A DNA stretch of 64,000 bases from Octopus sinensis. Lineage: Eukaryota. Both the position numbers and the translations under genes were made by a program. The notes under the pieces are model-generated. The model saw nothing but the letters and a program-made list of their open reading frames with translations. It was not told the origin of the DNA and did not search any database. The stretch lies in contig NC_043008.1 in the NCBI RefSeq assembly GCF_006345805.1, positions 22,940,001-23,004,000 on the forward strand, in the 5' to 3' direction. Positions 50,097 through 63,114 of the stretch are shown piece by piece; within the stretch, counting starts at the first letter, position 1, and each line of letters opens with the position of its first letter.

Positions 50097-50487
50097 TCTA
50101 TATGTAAAAATATATTTGTATCATATGAATACGAAACAAAGCAATGCTCAAATGATCCTCTTTCGGTTTTTCGGTCTTTCGGCGCGAAATGTACGTATCG
50201 TTAAGTGTTCATTATTTCTGAGAGTACATTTATTTTGTGAGGAGCGAAACACATAATTTATTGTGAGGAATACAACAGGACATATAAAAACGCCTGTGCC
50301 TATGTTACTGAAAGGTGACATTTCGCTCTGTTGGTAATCAAATAATCACATTTGACGAACCACATGCGTAAATCAATGCGATTCAAATTTTTCTGAGTGT
50401 CTCATTATTTGCCATTTTCAGATCAACGAGAAGCAAATCAATTCTATCAATGTTTCTCCAGCGCAACGTAGCAAGCGAGCTTGCTAG
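50097..50487 (+). mobile_element. Putative non-autonomous Helitron
   Basis: A|TCTATATGTAAAA 5' end and GCGCAACGTAGCAAGCGAGCTTGCTAG|T 3' end; copy at ~55447-55846. Confidence 0.55.
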
Positions 50488-50918
50488 TTACATTCTTTCG
50501 AATACACATGTAGATCTTTTAGCCAACACTATTATAAGATGGTTGAAAACAATTCGTCTGTGCATTCGTTATATACTTTAGTTGTGTACTTTAGAATATA
50601 TTCGTAAGTCTTATAGCCAACACTGTGTCTTAAGATAGGTGAAAACAATTCCTCTGCGCATTTGTAGAGAGAAAAAGAGAATACCGAATGGAATGCATGC
50701 CTTCCATTTCTATCTTTCTTTCATTTACTTGTTTCAGTCATCTGACTGTGGCCTTTCTGGAGCACCCCCTTTTAGTCGAGCAAATTGACCCCAGGACTTA
50801 TTTTTTGTAAGCCTAGTAGTTATTCTATCAGTCTCTTTTGCCGAACCGCTATGTTACGGGGATGTAAACACACCAGTATCGGTTGTCAAGCGATGTTGGG
50901 GAGACAAACACAGACACA

Positions 50919-50978
<60 letters not shown>

Positions 50979-52248
50979 CATATATACGACGGTCTTCTTT
51001 CAGTTTCCGTCTACCAAATCCACTCACAAGGCTTTGGTTGGCCCGAGGCTATAGTAGAAGACACTTGCCCAAGGTGCCACGCAGTGGGACTGAACCCGGA
51101 ACCATATGGTTCGTAAGCAAGCTACTTACCACACAGCCTCTCCTACGTAGTCAATTATTATAAGTATCGTAGAGTCTTACCAGCGAGTTTGGCTTAGTTA
51201 CACGTACTAATTGTTTTAGGTGCCTATGAAGACACGAGTAGACATCGATACCTTTTCGGCAATACCTCTATATCACAGCAGAATATCCAGGATGCGACAG
51301 TTGGAAATGGGTGGAGGCACGTAGAGGACTGCAGCTGGTTGGTACTCATAACAGCTGAGTGGGCTGAAGCAACGTGAAAAGAAGTGCTTCGCTTAAGAAA
51401 ACAATGTGTTGCCTCATCCAGGAATTGAAACAATGATCTTATGATGACGAGCTGAACATCCCAAACCACAAGGCCATGCGCATACACCGTACAGTATACT
51501 TTTTTACTCTGGGCACAAGGCCCGAAATTTTTGGGAAGGAGGGAGGGGGGGCGAGTCGATTAGATCGATCCCCAGTACGCAACTGGTACTTAATTTACCA
51601 ACCTCGAAAAGATGAAAGGTAGAGTCGATCTCGGCGGAATTTGAACTCAGAACGTAAAGACAGACGAAATGCCTATTTCTTTACAACCCACGAGGGGCTA
51701 AACACAGAGGGGACAAACAAGGACAGACAAAGGGATTAAGTCGATTATATCGATCCCAGTGCGTAACTAGTACTTAATTTATCAACCCCAAAAAGATGAA
51801 AGGCAAAGTCGACCTCGGCGGAATTTGAACTCAGAACGTAGCGGGAGACGAAATGCCGCTAAGCATTTCGCCCTGCGTGCTAGCGTTTCTGCCGGCTCAC
51901 TGCCGCCTTGCATACACCGTACAGTATAGCGTTGAAAAAAAAAAAAAACTCTATTAATGCATAGGTAATTTATTAATGAACATCATCTTAGGTGTGCCAT
52001 TTTTACGTCGCTTCGCCGTCCATTCTTCTTTAGTTTATGCGATTTCAGTTCCAAATGTTCCCGCAGATATAAAACAATATTGTTTTGTTATTTACTTATT
52101 GATCCATTCTTTATTCTTTATTAGTTTTTCCTACGATTTTTCAGATTACATAGGAATAAGGTGACTTTGCAAAATAAATAGCATTAAGCAATAACGACGC
52201 GGGTATATTTCCTTCAAATAAGTATAATTTGGAGACCTTAGACCATAT

Positions 52249-52320
52249 GGGGATATAGCTCAGTGGTAGAGCATTCGACTGCAGATCGAGAGGTCCCCGG
52301 TTCAAACCCGGGTGTCCCCT
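52249..52320 (+). tRNA. trnC: tRNA-Cys(GCA)
   Basis: Consensus with TTCAAAC T loop. Confidence 0.95.
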
Positions 52321-53049
52321 TTAGAAAATTTTCATTTCTTTCTCTTCTGTACATATTTTGTTTCCTTCTCAATTACTGTAATTTCATCGTGATGTTGTTA
52401 TTCAATCTATTTAGTAGAACCTATATTTCACTTCACCGAATGTAATAATTTCTATGCGTCATTTTTTTTTTGTATTTGTGTGCATTTTTAAAAAAATGAT
52501 TTCTGAAATTCCCGTTGATTTTATTTCGCTTGCATTCATGTGAAACAAATAAATAACAAAAGAAGACGAATCCAATATTCAGTTTGGCGTTAACATGTAG
52601 AATATAATTTTCACCGTTCTCTTTTAAGACACGCTACAATGTGTCGCACGCACTTCAAAATGACAACAAATGGGAAAATTTATTTGATGTCTCTTCTGTT
52701 CTTCATCTTACTCTACTTGTCACATTTCGCCTTCCACAATCGCCATTGTCGCGTTATCTGCTTAGAACAATATTGATATAATTCAGAACCTCACAGGATT
52801 TTTGAAAGACAAGCAAAATATTTTCAAAATATTTTCATGAAAAGATAGCCATAAAATCGCGTATTTAAAACTGTGTTTAAATCTGCCAACAAGCAATCAA
52901 GAAAAATTGGAGAATATTTTTACGGTGGACATACATGGCGCATTTGGTAAATTGTTGGCATAACCATAAATATATGTCTTCCCCATTGAGTTTTTACTTT
53001 GTAACTTTCTTAGGAATACATATTCTCTTTAGTTCTTCACTCCTGCTCC

Positions 53050-53325
53050 AGAGCGTCGGCTGCGGAGTCATTCCGAAAAGCTCTACCTGCGACGATTTCA
53101 TCTCAATCGAAGGAAAGGAGCTTTTTCTCCGTCGGGTTGCGGATCCGTGGAACAAGCTGCCAGACGAGATTGTGAAGATGCCGACGACCGCTTTGTTCAA
53201 AGTCTCCCTTGACCTCAAGTGGCCTGAACTCTTTACATGAACACCACCCTGTACTTAATTCCATGTCCCCCTACATGGCCTTGCTTTTTGCTTTTGAGCC
53301 AAAAAATTAACTAACTAACTAACTA
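53050..53325 (+). mobile_element. CR1/L2-like LINE 3' end
   Basis: FLRRVADPWNKLPDEIVKMPTTALFKVSLD matches the RV...WN.LP...V......FK..LD end motif; (AACT)n tail; duplicated at ~58390-58660. Confidence 0.75.
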
Positions 53326-53699
53326 CTCACAAGGGGCTAAACATAGAGGGAAAAAACAAGGATAGACAAACGGATTAAGTCGATTGCATCGACCCCAGTG
53401 CGTAACTGGTACTTAATTTATCGAGCCCGAAAGGATGAAAAGCAAAGTCGACCTCGGCAGAATTTGAACTCAGAACGTGGCCTTGCTTTTTGCTTTTGAG
53501 CCAAAAAATTAACTAACTAACTAACTAACTAGTGAATTTTCTCGGAGATACGTTTTCAAGAATGTAGAGTACAATATTTTTTCTTCTACATGTTTAGTCC
53601 ATTACTGGACAAAGGCCTCAGTATGTTCTCCTCTCAGTATGTTTCTTCACAGTTTGATGTTTTCCTCAACCATAGTTCTGTTTGGGAGCTGAAGAATTT

Positions 53700-54150
53700 A
53701 ACCAAGTCTTCATTCCAACTTCTGTGTGGTCTGGATATGTTGTCCACTCCATCAGTTTGCTATTCCATCTATTGTCCTTTCTCCTAAACACGTCCCGCTA
53801 AAGACTATTTCAGAGTTTTTTTACTTTCCAGATAATATCTGCTAAGCCTGTTGCCACTCTTATCCTGTTCTTTTTCCCCTTGTCCAATTTGTTAATCTTC
53901 TACACTCCCCTTTCCACGGCTCTTTCTGTTGCTCTTAATTTATTTTCAATGCTCTTGTCTACGTTTCTGCTGCACACGTAATGATAGGCAGCACACACTC
54001 GTTGAAGACCTTTCTTTTTAGATACATGGACAAATTACTGCTCAATATACCAAAGGCTTCGCATCCTAATCGTATTTGTCGTTCAATTTCTTTGGTTAGA
54101 TTTTCAGCCTTTAAACATGTCATTTGTCCAAGATTGGTTTACATGTTTAA
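53700..54150 (-). mobile_element. Decayed RTE-like LINE fragment
   Basis: Minus strand CVLPIITCAAET...KLRATERAVER; duplicated at ~59040-59490. Confidence 0.55.
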
Positions 54151-54197
54151 CTATTTTGTCATCTCTTACTACAATTATTTTGATGAAACGTGAAAAA

Positions 54198-54377
54198 AAG
54201 TGGCTATGTGGTAAGTAGCTTGCCTACCAACCACATGCTTCCGGGTTCAGTCCCACTGCGAGGCACCATGGGCAAGTGTCTTCTACTCTAGCCTCGGGCC
54301 GACCAAAGCCTTGTGAGTGGATTTGGTAGACGGAAACTGAAAGAAGCCTGTCGTATATATGTATGTATATATATATG

Positions 54378-54408
<31 letters not shown>

Positions 54409-54655
54409 ATGTGTGTGTGTATATGTTTGTGTGTGTGTATATGTTTGTGTGACCGTATTTGTCCTCACAACATCGCTCGACAACAGATGCTGGTGTGTCC
54501 CTGTAACTTAGCGGTTCGGCAAAAGAGACCGATAGAATAAGTACTAGGCTTACAAAGTATAAGTCCTGGGGTCGATTTGCTCGACTAAAGGCAGTGCTCC
54601 AGCATGGCCGCAGTCAAATGACTGAAACAAGTAAAAGAATATAAGAGTAAAAGAG
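54198..54655 (+). mobile_element. SINE family A
   Basis: Family A consensus; its duplicate at 59535-59855 is 3'-truncated. Confidence 0.85.
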
Positions 54656-57586
54656 AATATCTACTCTATCGAATACGTATTTCTAGAAAATTTCATTAAA
54701 ACCTATGCATTTAACAAAATTCCGGTGAGGTAAATTTATTTCTATATCCCTCCTCGTACCATAGTTATTATCAAGATTATCTGAAATGTTTCTGGAAAAT
54801 TCCATTCATCTCATGCATTTTTAAGAAAGTTTGTGGTGACAAAGTCAGATGTGGAGTTAACCAAAATTCCTCACCAAAAGTTTGTTTTTACCACTTTTGC
54901 CGATATAACAATACTCTTCCTTTTATCTTTTACTTGTTTCAGTCATTAGAATGCGGTCATTCTGGGGGCACCGCTTCGAAGAATTTTAGTTGAACGAATT
55001 TATCCTAGTATTTATTTTTTTTTAAAGCCCGGTATTTATTGTATCGGGATCTTTGACTGAACCACTAAGTTGGAGGACAAAAAAAAAAAAGAAAAAAACT
55101 AACACCGGTTGTAGATCGGTGGTCTCGAACAAATATCGACAAAAACACCCACACACATTAGGGGATTCTTTCAATTTGCGTCTACCAAGTCTACTCACAA
55201 AACTTTAGTCGAGCCGAGGCTGTAGTAGAAAACAATTGCCTAAAGTGCCTCGTAGTAGGACTGAACTCGGAACCATGTGGTTCGGAAGCACAGTTTTTAT
55301 CACTCAGCCATATTTGCATAATGTACGCCATCCAAAATGTATCGATGGAAAATTTCATTAAAGATATAAGCATTTTGAAGAAAGTTAGGGAGAAACAAAA
55401 TCGATGGGCGTAGTTTTGTAATTATACCAAATTGTTAAAACGCATATCTATATGTAAAAAAAAAAAAAAATATTTGTATCGTGTGAATACGAAACAAAGC
55501 AATACTCGACTGTTCCTCTTTCGGTTTTTCGGTCTTTCAGCGCGAAATGTACGTATCGTTAAGTGTTCATTATTTCTGAGAGTACATTTATTTTGTGTAG
55601 AGTGAGACACATAATTTATTGTGAGGAATACAATAGGAAATATAAAAACCCCTGTGCCTATGTTACTGAAAGGCGACGTTTCGCTCTGTTGGTAATCAAA
55701 TAATCACATTTGACGAACCACATGCATAAATCTATGCGATACAAATTTTTCTGAGTGTCTCATTATTTGTCATTTTCAGATCAGCAAGAAGCAAACCAAT
55801 TCTATCAATGTTTCTCCAGCGCAACGTAGCAAGTGAGCTTGCTAGTTACATTCTTTCGAATACATCTGTAGATCTTCTATCCAACACTGTATCTTAAGCT
55901 GGTTGAAAACAATTCGTCTGTGCATTCGTTATATACTTTAGTCGTGTACTTTAGAATATATTCGTAAGTCTTATAGCCAACACTGTGTCTTAAGATGGGT
56001 GAAAACAATTCATTTGCGCATTTGTAGAGAGAAAAAGAGAATACCGAATAGAATGCATGCCTTCCATTTCATTCTTTCTTTATTTTACTTGTTTCAGTCG
56101 TTTGACTGTGGCCTTGCTGGAGCACCCCTTTTTAGTCGAGCAAATCGACCCCAGGACTTATTTTTTGTAAGCCTAGTACTTATTCTATCGGTCTCTTTTG
56201 CCGAACCGCTAAGTTACGGGGACGTAAACACACCAGTATCGGTTGTCAAGCGATGTTGGGGAGACAAACACAGACACACAAACACAGACACGCACACATA
56301 TATATACATATATACGACGGGCTTCTTTCAGTTTCCGTCTACCAAATCCACTCACAAGGCTTTGGTCGGCTCGAGGTTAGAGTAGAAGACACTTGCCCAA
56401 GGTGCCACACAGTGGGACTGAACCCGGAACTATGTGGTTGGTAAGCAAGCTACTTACCACACAGCCTCTCCTACGTAGTCAATTATTATAAGTATCGTAG
56501 AGTCTTACCAGCGAGTTTGGCTTAGTTACACGTACTAATTGTTTTAGGTGCCTATGAAGACATGAGTAGACATAGATACCTTCTCGGCAATTCCTCTATA
56601 TCGCAGCAGAATATCCAGGATGTGACAGTTGGGAGTGGGTGGAGGCACATAGAGGACTGCAGCTGGTTGGTACTCATAACAGCTGAGTGGGCTGAAGCAA
56701 CGAGAAAAGAAGTGCTTTGCTTAAGAAAACAATGTGTTGCCTCATCCAGGAATTGAAACAATGACCTTATGATGACGAGCTGAACATCCCAAACCACAAG
56801 GCCATGCGCATACACCGTACATTATACTTTTTTACTCTGGGCACAAGGCCCGAAATTTTTTGGAGGTGTGTGTGTGTGTGGGGGGGGGGGGGCGAGTCGA
56901 TTAGATCGATCCCCAGTACGCAACTGGTATTTCATTTATCTACCCCGAAAGGATGAAAGGTAAAGTCGACCTCGGCGGAATTTGAACTCAGAACGTAAAG
57001 ACAGACGAAATGCCTATTTCTTTATTACCCACGAGGGGCTAAACAAAGAGAGGACAAACAAGGACAGAAAAACGGATTAAGTCGATTATATCGATCCCAG
57101 TGCGTAACTGGTACTTATTTAATCGACCCCGAAAGGATGAAAGGTAAAGTCGACCTCGGCGGAATTTGAACTCAGAACGTAGCGGGAGACGAAATGCCGC
57201 TAAGCATTTCGCCCGGCGTGCAGACGTTTCTGTCAGCTCACTGCCGCCTTGCATACACCGTACAGTATAGCGTTGAAAAAAAAAAACTCTATTAATGCAT
57301 AGGTAATTTATTAATGAACATCATCTTAGGTGTGCCATTTTTACGTCGCTTCGCCGTCCATTCTTCTTTAGTTTATGCGATTTCAGTTCCAAATGTTCCC
57401 GCAGATATAAAACAATATTGTTTTGTTATTTACTTATTGATCCATTCTTTATTCTTTATTAGTTTTTCCTACGATTTTTCAGATTACATAGGAATAAGGT
57501 GACTTTGCAAAATAAATAGCATTAAGCAATAACGACGCGGGTATATTTCCTTCAAATAAGTATAATTTGGAGACCTTAGACCATAT

Positions 57587-57658
57587 GGGGATATAGCTCA
57601 GTGGTAGAGCATTCGACTGCAGATCGAGATGTCCCCGGTTCAAACCCGGGTGTCCCCT
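57587..57658 (+). tRNA. trnC: tRNA-Cys(GCA)
   Basis: Duplicate of 52249 with variable loop ATGTC. Confidence 0.92.
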
Positions 57659-59708
57659 TTAGAAAATTTTCATTTCTTTCTCTTCTGTACATATTTTGTT
57701 TCCTTCTCAATTACTGTAATTTCATCGTGATGTTGTTATTCAATCTATTTAGTAGAACCTATATTTCACTTCACCGAATGTAATAATTTCTATGCGTCAT
57801 TTTTTTTTTGTATTTGTGTGCATTTTTAAAAAAATGATTTCTGAAATTCCCGTTTATTTTATTTCGCTTGCATTCATGTGAAACAAATAAATAACAAAAG
57901 AAGACGAATCCAATATTCAGTTTGGCGTTAACATGTAGAATATAATTTTCACCGTTCTCTTTTAAGACACGCTACAATGTGTCGCACGCACTTCAAAATG
58001 ACAACAAATGGGAAAATTTATTTGATGTCTCTTCTGTTCTTCATCTTACTCTACTTGTCACATTTCGCCTTCCACAATCGCCATTGTCGCGTTATCTGCT
58101 TAGAACAATATTGATATAATTCAGAACCTCACAGGATTTTTGAAAGACAAGCAAAATATTTTCAAAATATTTTCATGAAAAGATAGCCATAAAATCGCGT
58201 ATTTAAAACTGTGTTTAAATCTGCCAACAAGCAATCAAGAAAAATTGGAGAATATTTTTACGGTGGACATACATGGCGCATTTGGTAAATTGTTGGCATA
58301 ACCATAAATATATGTCTTCCCCATTGAGTTTTTACTTTGTAACTTTCTTAGGAATACATATTCTCTTTAGTTCTTCACTCCTGCTCCAGAGCGTCGGCTG
58401 CGGAGTCATTCCGAAAAGCTCTACCTGCGACGATTTCATCTCAATCGAAGGAAAGGAGCTTTCTCCGTCCGGGTTGCGGATCCGTGGAACAAGCTGCCAG
58501 ACGAGATTGTGAAGATGCCGACGACCGCTTTGTTCAAAGTCTCCCTTGACCTCAAGTGGCCTGAACTCTTTACATGAACACCACCCTGTACTTAATTCCA
58601 TGTCCCCCTACATGGCCTTGCTTTTTGCTTTTGAGCCAAAAAATTAACTAACTAACTAACTACTCACAAGGGGCTAAACATAGAGGGAAAAAACAAGGAT
58701 AGACAAACGGATTAAGTCGATTGCATCGACCCCAGTGCGTAACTGGTACTTAATTTATCGAGCCCGAAAGGATGAAAAGCAAAGTCGACCTCGGCAGAAT
58801 TTGAACTCAGAACGTGGCCTTGCTTTTTGCTTTTGAGCCAAAAAATTAACTAACTAACTAACTAACTAGTGAATTTTCTCGGAGATACGTTTTCAAGAAT
58901 GTAGAGTACAATATTTTTTCTTCTACATGTTTAGTCCATTACTGGACAAAGGCCTCAGTATGTTCTCCTCTCAGTATGTTTTCTTCACAGTTTGATGTTT
59001 TCCTCAACCATAGTTCTGTTTGGGAGCTGAAGAATTTAACCAAGTCTTCATTCCAACTTCTGTGTGGTCTGGATATGTTGTCCACTCCATCAGTTTGCTA
59101 TTCCATCTATTGTCCTTTCTCCTAAACACGTCCCGCTAAAGACTATTTCAGAGTTTTTTTACTTTCCAGATAATATCTGCTAAGCCTGTTGCCACTCTTA
59201 TCCTGTTCTTTTTCCCCTTGTCCAATTTGTTAATCTTCTACACTCCCCTTTCCACGGCTCTTTCTGTTGCTCTTAATTTATTTTCAATGCTCTTGTCTAC
59301 GTTTCTGCTGCACACGTAATGATAGGCAGCACACACTCGTTGAAGACCTTTCTTTTTAGATACATGGACAAATTACTGCTCAATATACCAAAGGCTTCGC
59401 ATCCTAATCGTATTTGTCGTTCAATTCTTTGGTTAGATTTTCAGCCTTTAAACATGTCATTTGTCCAAGATTGGTTTACATGTTTAACTATTTTGTCATC
59501 TCTTACTACAATTATTTTGATGAAACGTGAAAAAAAGTGGCTATGTGGTAAGTAACTTGCCTACCAACCACATGCTTCCGGGTTCAGTCCCACTGCGAGG
59601 CACCATGGGCAAGTGTCTTCTACTCTAGCCTCGGGCCGACCAAAGCCTTGTGAGTGGATTTGGTAGACGGAAACTGAAAGAAGCCTGTCGTATATATGTA
59701 TGTATATA

Positions 59709-59763
<55 letters not shown>

Positions 59764-61917
59764 GTGTGTGTATATGTTTGTGTGTGTGTATATGTTTGTG
59801 TGACCGTATTTGTCCTCACAACATCGCTCGACAACAGATGCTGGTGTGTCCCTGTACAATACTCTTCCTTTTATCTTTTACTTGTTTCAGTCATTAGAAT
59901 GCGGTCATTCTGGGGGCACCGCTTCGAAGAATTTTAGTTGAACGAATTTATCCTAGTATTTATTTTTTTTAAAAGCCCGGTACTTATTTTATCGGGATCT
60001 TTGACTGAACCACTAAGTTGGAGGAAAACAAAAAAGAAAAAAACTAACACCGGTTGTAGATCGGTGGTCTCGAACAAATATCGACAAAAACACCCACACA
60101 CATTAGGGGATTCTTTCAATTTGCGTCTACCAAATCTACTCACAAAACTTTAGTCGAGCCGAGGCTGTAGTAGAAAACAATTGCCTAAAGTGCCTCGTAG
60201 TAGGACTGAACTCGGAACCATGTGGTTCGGAAGCACAGTTTTTATCACTCAGCCATACTTGCATAATGTACGCCATCCAAAATGTATCGATGGAAAATTT
60301 CATAAAAAATATAAGCATTTTGAAGAAAGTTGTGGAGAAACAAAATCGACGGGCGTAGTTTTGTAATTATACCAAATTGTTAAAACGCATATCTATATGT
60401 AAAAAAAAAAGAAGATATTTGTATCATATGAATACGAAACAAAGCAATACTCGACTGTTCCTCTTTCGGTTTTTCGGTCTTTCAGCGCGAAATGTACGTA
60501 TCGTTAAGTGTTCATTATTTCTGAGAGTACATTTATTTTGTGTAGAGTGAGACACATAATTTATTGTGAGGAATTCAATAGGAAATATAAAAACGCCTGT
60601 GCCTATGTTACTGAAAGGCAACGTTTCGTTCTGTTGGTAATCAAATAATCACATTTGACGAACCACATGCATAAATCTATGTGATACAAATTTTTCTGAG
60701 TGTCTCATTTGTCATTTTCAGATCAGCAAGAAGCAAACCAATTCTATCGATGTTTCTCCAGCGCACTCTACCAGTATCCGATGTTTGAAAGTGTTTAGTT
60801 AAAAAAATTAATTTATCGACCTGCCGATCAAAAGGAAAAGGTCCATCTACTCAGGAGGCTGTAGTCGGCCCGAGGCTGTAGTAGAAAACACTTACCTAAA
60901 GTGCTTCGCTGTAGGACTGAACTCGGAACCATGCAGTTCGGAAGCAAAGTTCTTACCACTCAGCCATACTTGCATAATGTACGCCATCCAAAATGTATCG
61001 ATGAAAAATTTCACAAAAAAATATTAGCATTTTGAAGAAAGTTAGGGAGAAATAAAATCGACGGGCGTAGTTTTGTAATTATACCAAATTGTTAAAACGC
61101 ATATCTATATGTAAAAAAAAAAAGAAAATATTTGTATCGTGTGAATACGAGACAAAGCAATACTCGACTGTTCCTCTTTCGGTTTTTCAGTCTTTCGTCG
61201 CGAAATGTACGTATCGTTATGTATTCATCATTTCTGAGAGTACATTTATTTTGTGAGGAGCGAAACACATAATTTATTGTGAGCAATACAATAGCAGATA
61301 TAAAAACGCCCGTGCCCATGTTCTGTATCTCACGTAAATTCTCACTAACATTATCAACAAATGTTTTCATATTTCCTGTTGAGTTGTATTGCTCACAATA
61401 AATTATGTGTTTCGCTTCAAACACAAAAAAAAATGTACTCTCAGAAATAATGACTACGTAACGATACGTACATTTCGCGCCGAAAGACTGAAAAACTAAC
61501 AGAGGAACAGTCGAGTATTGCTTTGTTTCGTATTCACACGATACAAATATTTTTTTACATATAGATACGCGTTTTAACAATTTGGCATAATTACAAACTA
61601 TGCCCATCGATTTTGTTTCTTCCTAACTTTCTTCAAAATGCTTATATTTTTAATGAAATTTTCCATCGATACATTTTGGATGGCGTACATTACGAAGCTT
61701 GCTTCCGAACCGCCTGGTTCCGGGAGAGTGTCTTCTACTATAGCCTCGGGCCGGCCAAAGTCTTGTGAGTGGATTTGACAGACGGAAACTGAAAGAAGCC
61801 CGTCGTATATATATAATTGCATGTGTGTGTATCTGTCTTTTTGCTTGTCCCCCACTGCCGCTTGAGCTGGTAGACGGAAACTGAAAGAAGCCCGTCGTAC
61901 ACACACACGCACACACA

Positions 61918-61956
<39 letters not shown>

Positions 61957-62165
61957 CATGTATACAATGGGCTTCTTCGACAGAATCTGCGGTCGGAGCG
62001 AGATTCGACTTTATGATGATTTAATTATTTTAAATCGAAAAGTCAACCAAAAAGATTTTCGAATTCTATGGGAATAAAGTCATATTAAAAAACAAATAAC
62101 AATAATCACTATAAAAGAAAATATACTGTGTTTAAATGAGAATATTTTGTATCGCCACGCATGGT

Positions 62166-62237
62166 GGGGATATAGCTCAGTAGTAGAATATTCGACTGCA
62201 GATCGAGAAGTCCCTGGTTCAAACCGGGGTGACCCCT
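62166..62237 (+). pseudogene. tRNA-Cys, probable pseudogene
   Basis: GCA retained; G18>A and D-stem, T-stem and acceptor mismatches. Confidence 0.75.
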
Positions 62238-63114
62238 TACGTATTTCTTTTTGTTAGCTATATATTTATTTCAAATTTATGAAAATAATCTGTTTTTCAT
62301 TGTACATCAGGAAAACCGTTTCTCAGTATTTGTTCCAGCTTGACACTCCGACAGCAAATTCCGCCGTATACGAGTTTGCTTTACATAGTTTCAGGGTCGG
62401 TAAAATGAGTACCAGCTGAGCGCTGGGGTCAATGTAATGGACCACCTCCTTCCCATGAACTTGCTGGCCACGTGCCAAAATTTGAAACACCAATGTTTGA
62501 TTGATTTTTCATGAACTTTTCTGCTACGATCCTTTCTCATATCTAGCTTTTCCTTTGTATTTTCTTCTTCATTGTTGTAATTCCTCGTGACATTGTTGTT
62601 CTTATTTATCACCAGTTCCATTTGTTTGATATAATACCTACCGCAAGGCGACCAGCTGGCAGAATCGTTAGCACGCCAGGCAAAATGCTTAGCATTTTGA
62701 AGAAACGATCAAGCTCAGTAACGATCTGTTAAGCAGCAACTACCCCAAAATATTATCGGCCGCGTGACCCTTCTTAATTGACGCAAATCACGAGACTATT
62801 TTACTTAATCTAGAAGGAAAGGGCTTAAGGTGTTGTAATTATCGAAATTGCACCAAAAAGCTGCATTAACCGATCACAACTGTTGCTTGCCAAAGGCAGT
62901 AGTTATGATCGATGTAATCGACCTCGTCCCGCTTCAGAATTTGCTGGCCTTGTGCCAGCATTTCAAACCAATATTTGATTGATCCTTCAGGAATTTCTCT
63001 GCTACGTTCCTTTCTCGAATCTGTGCTTTCCCCCCTTTATGTTTTCTTCTACACTATTGTTGTTATTCTATCGTTAATTAAAACAATAACGGTTTCTTCA
63101 TTTTTGCTTTCAGA

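Larger units (their letters stand above)
49840..60765. repeat. Tandem segmental duplication, ~5.3-kb period
   Basis: ~49840-54505 matches ~55190-59855 (tRNA offset 5338 bp); ~54908-55820 matches ~59856-60765. Confidence 0.92.
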
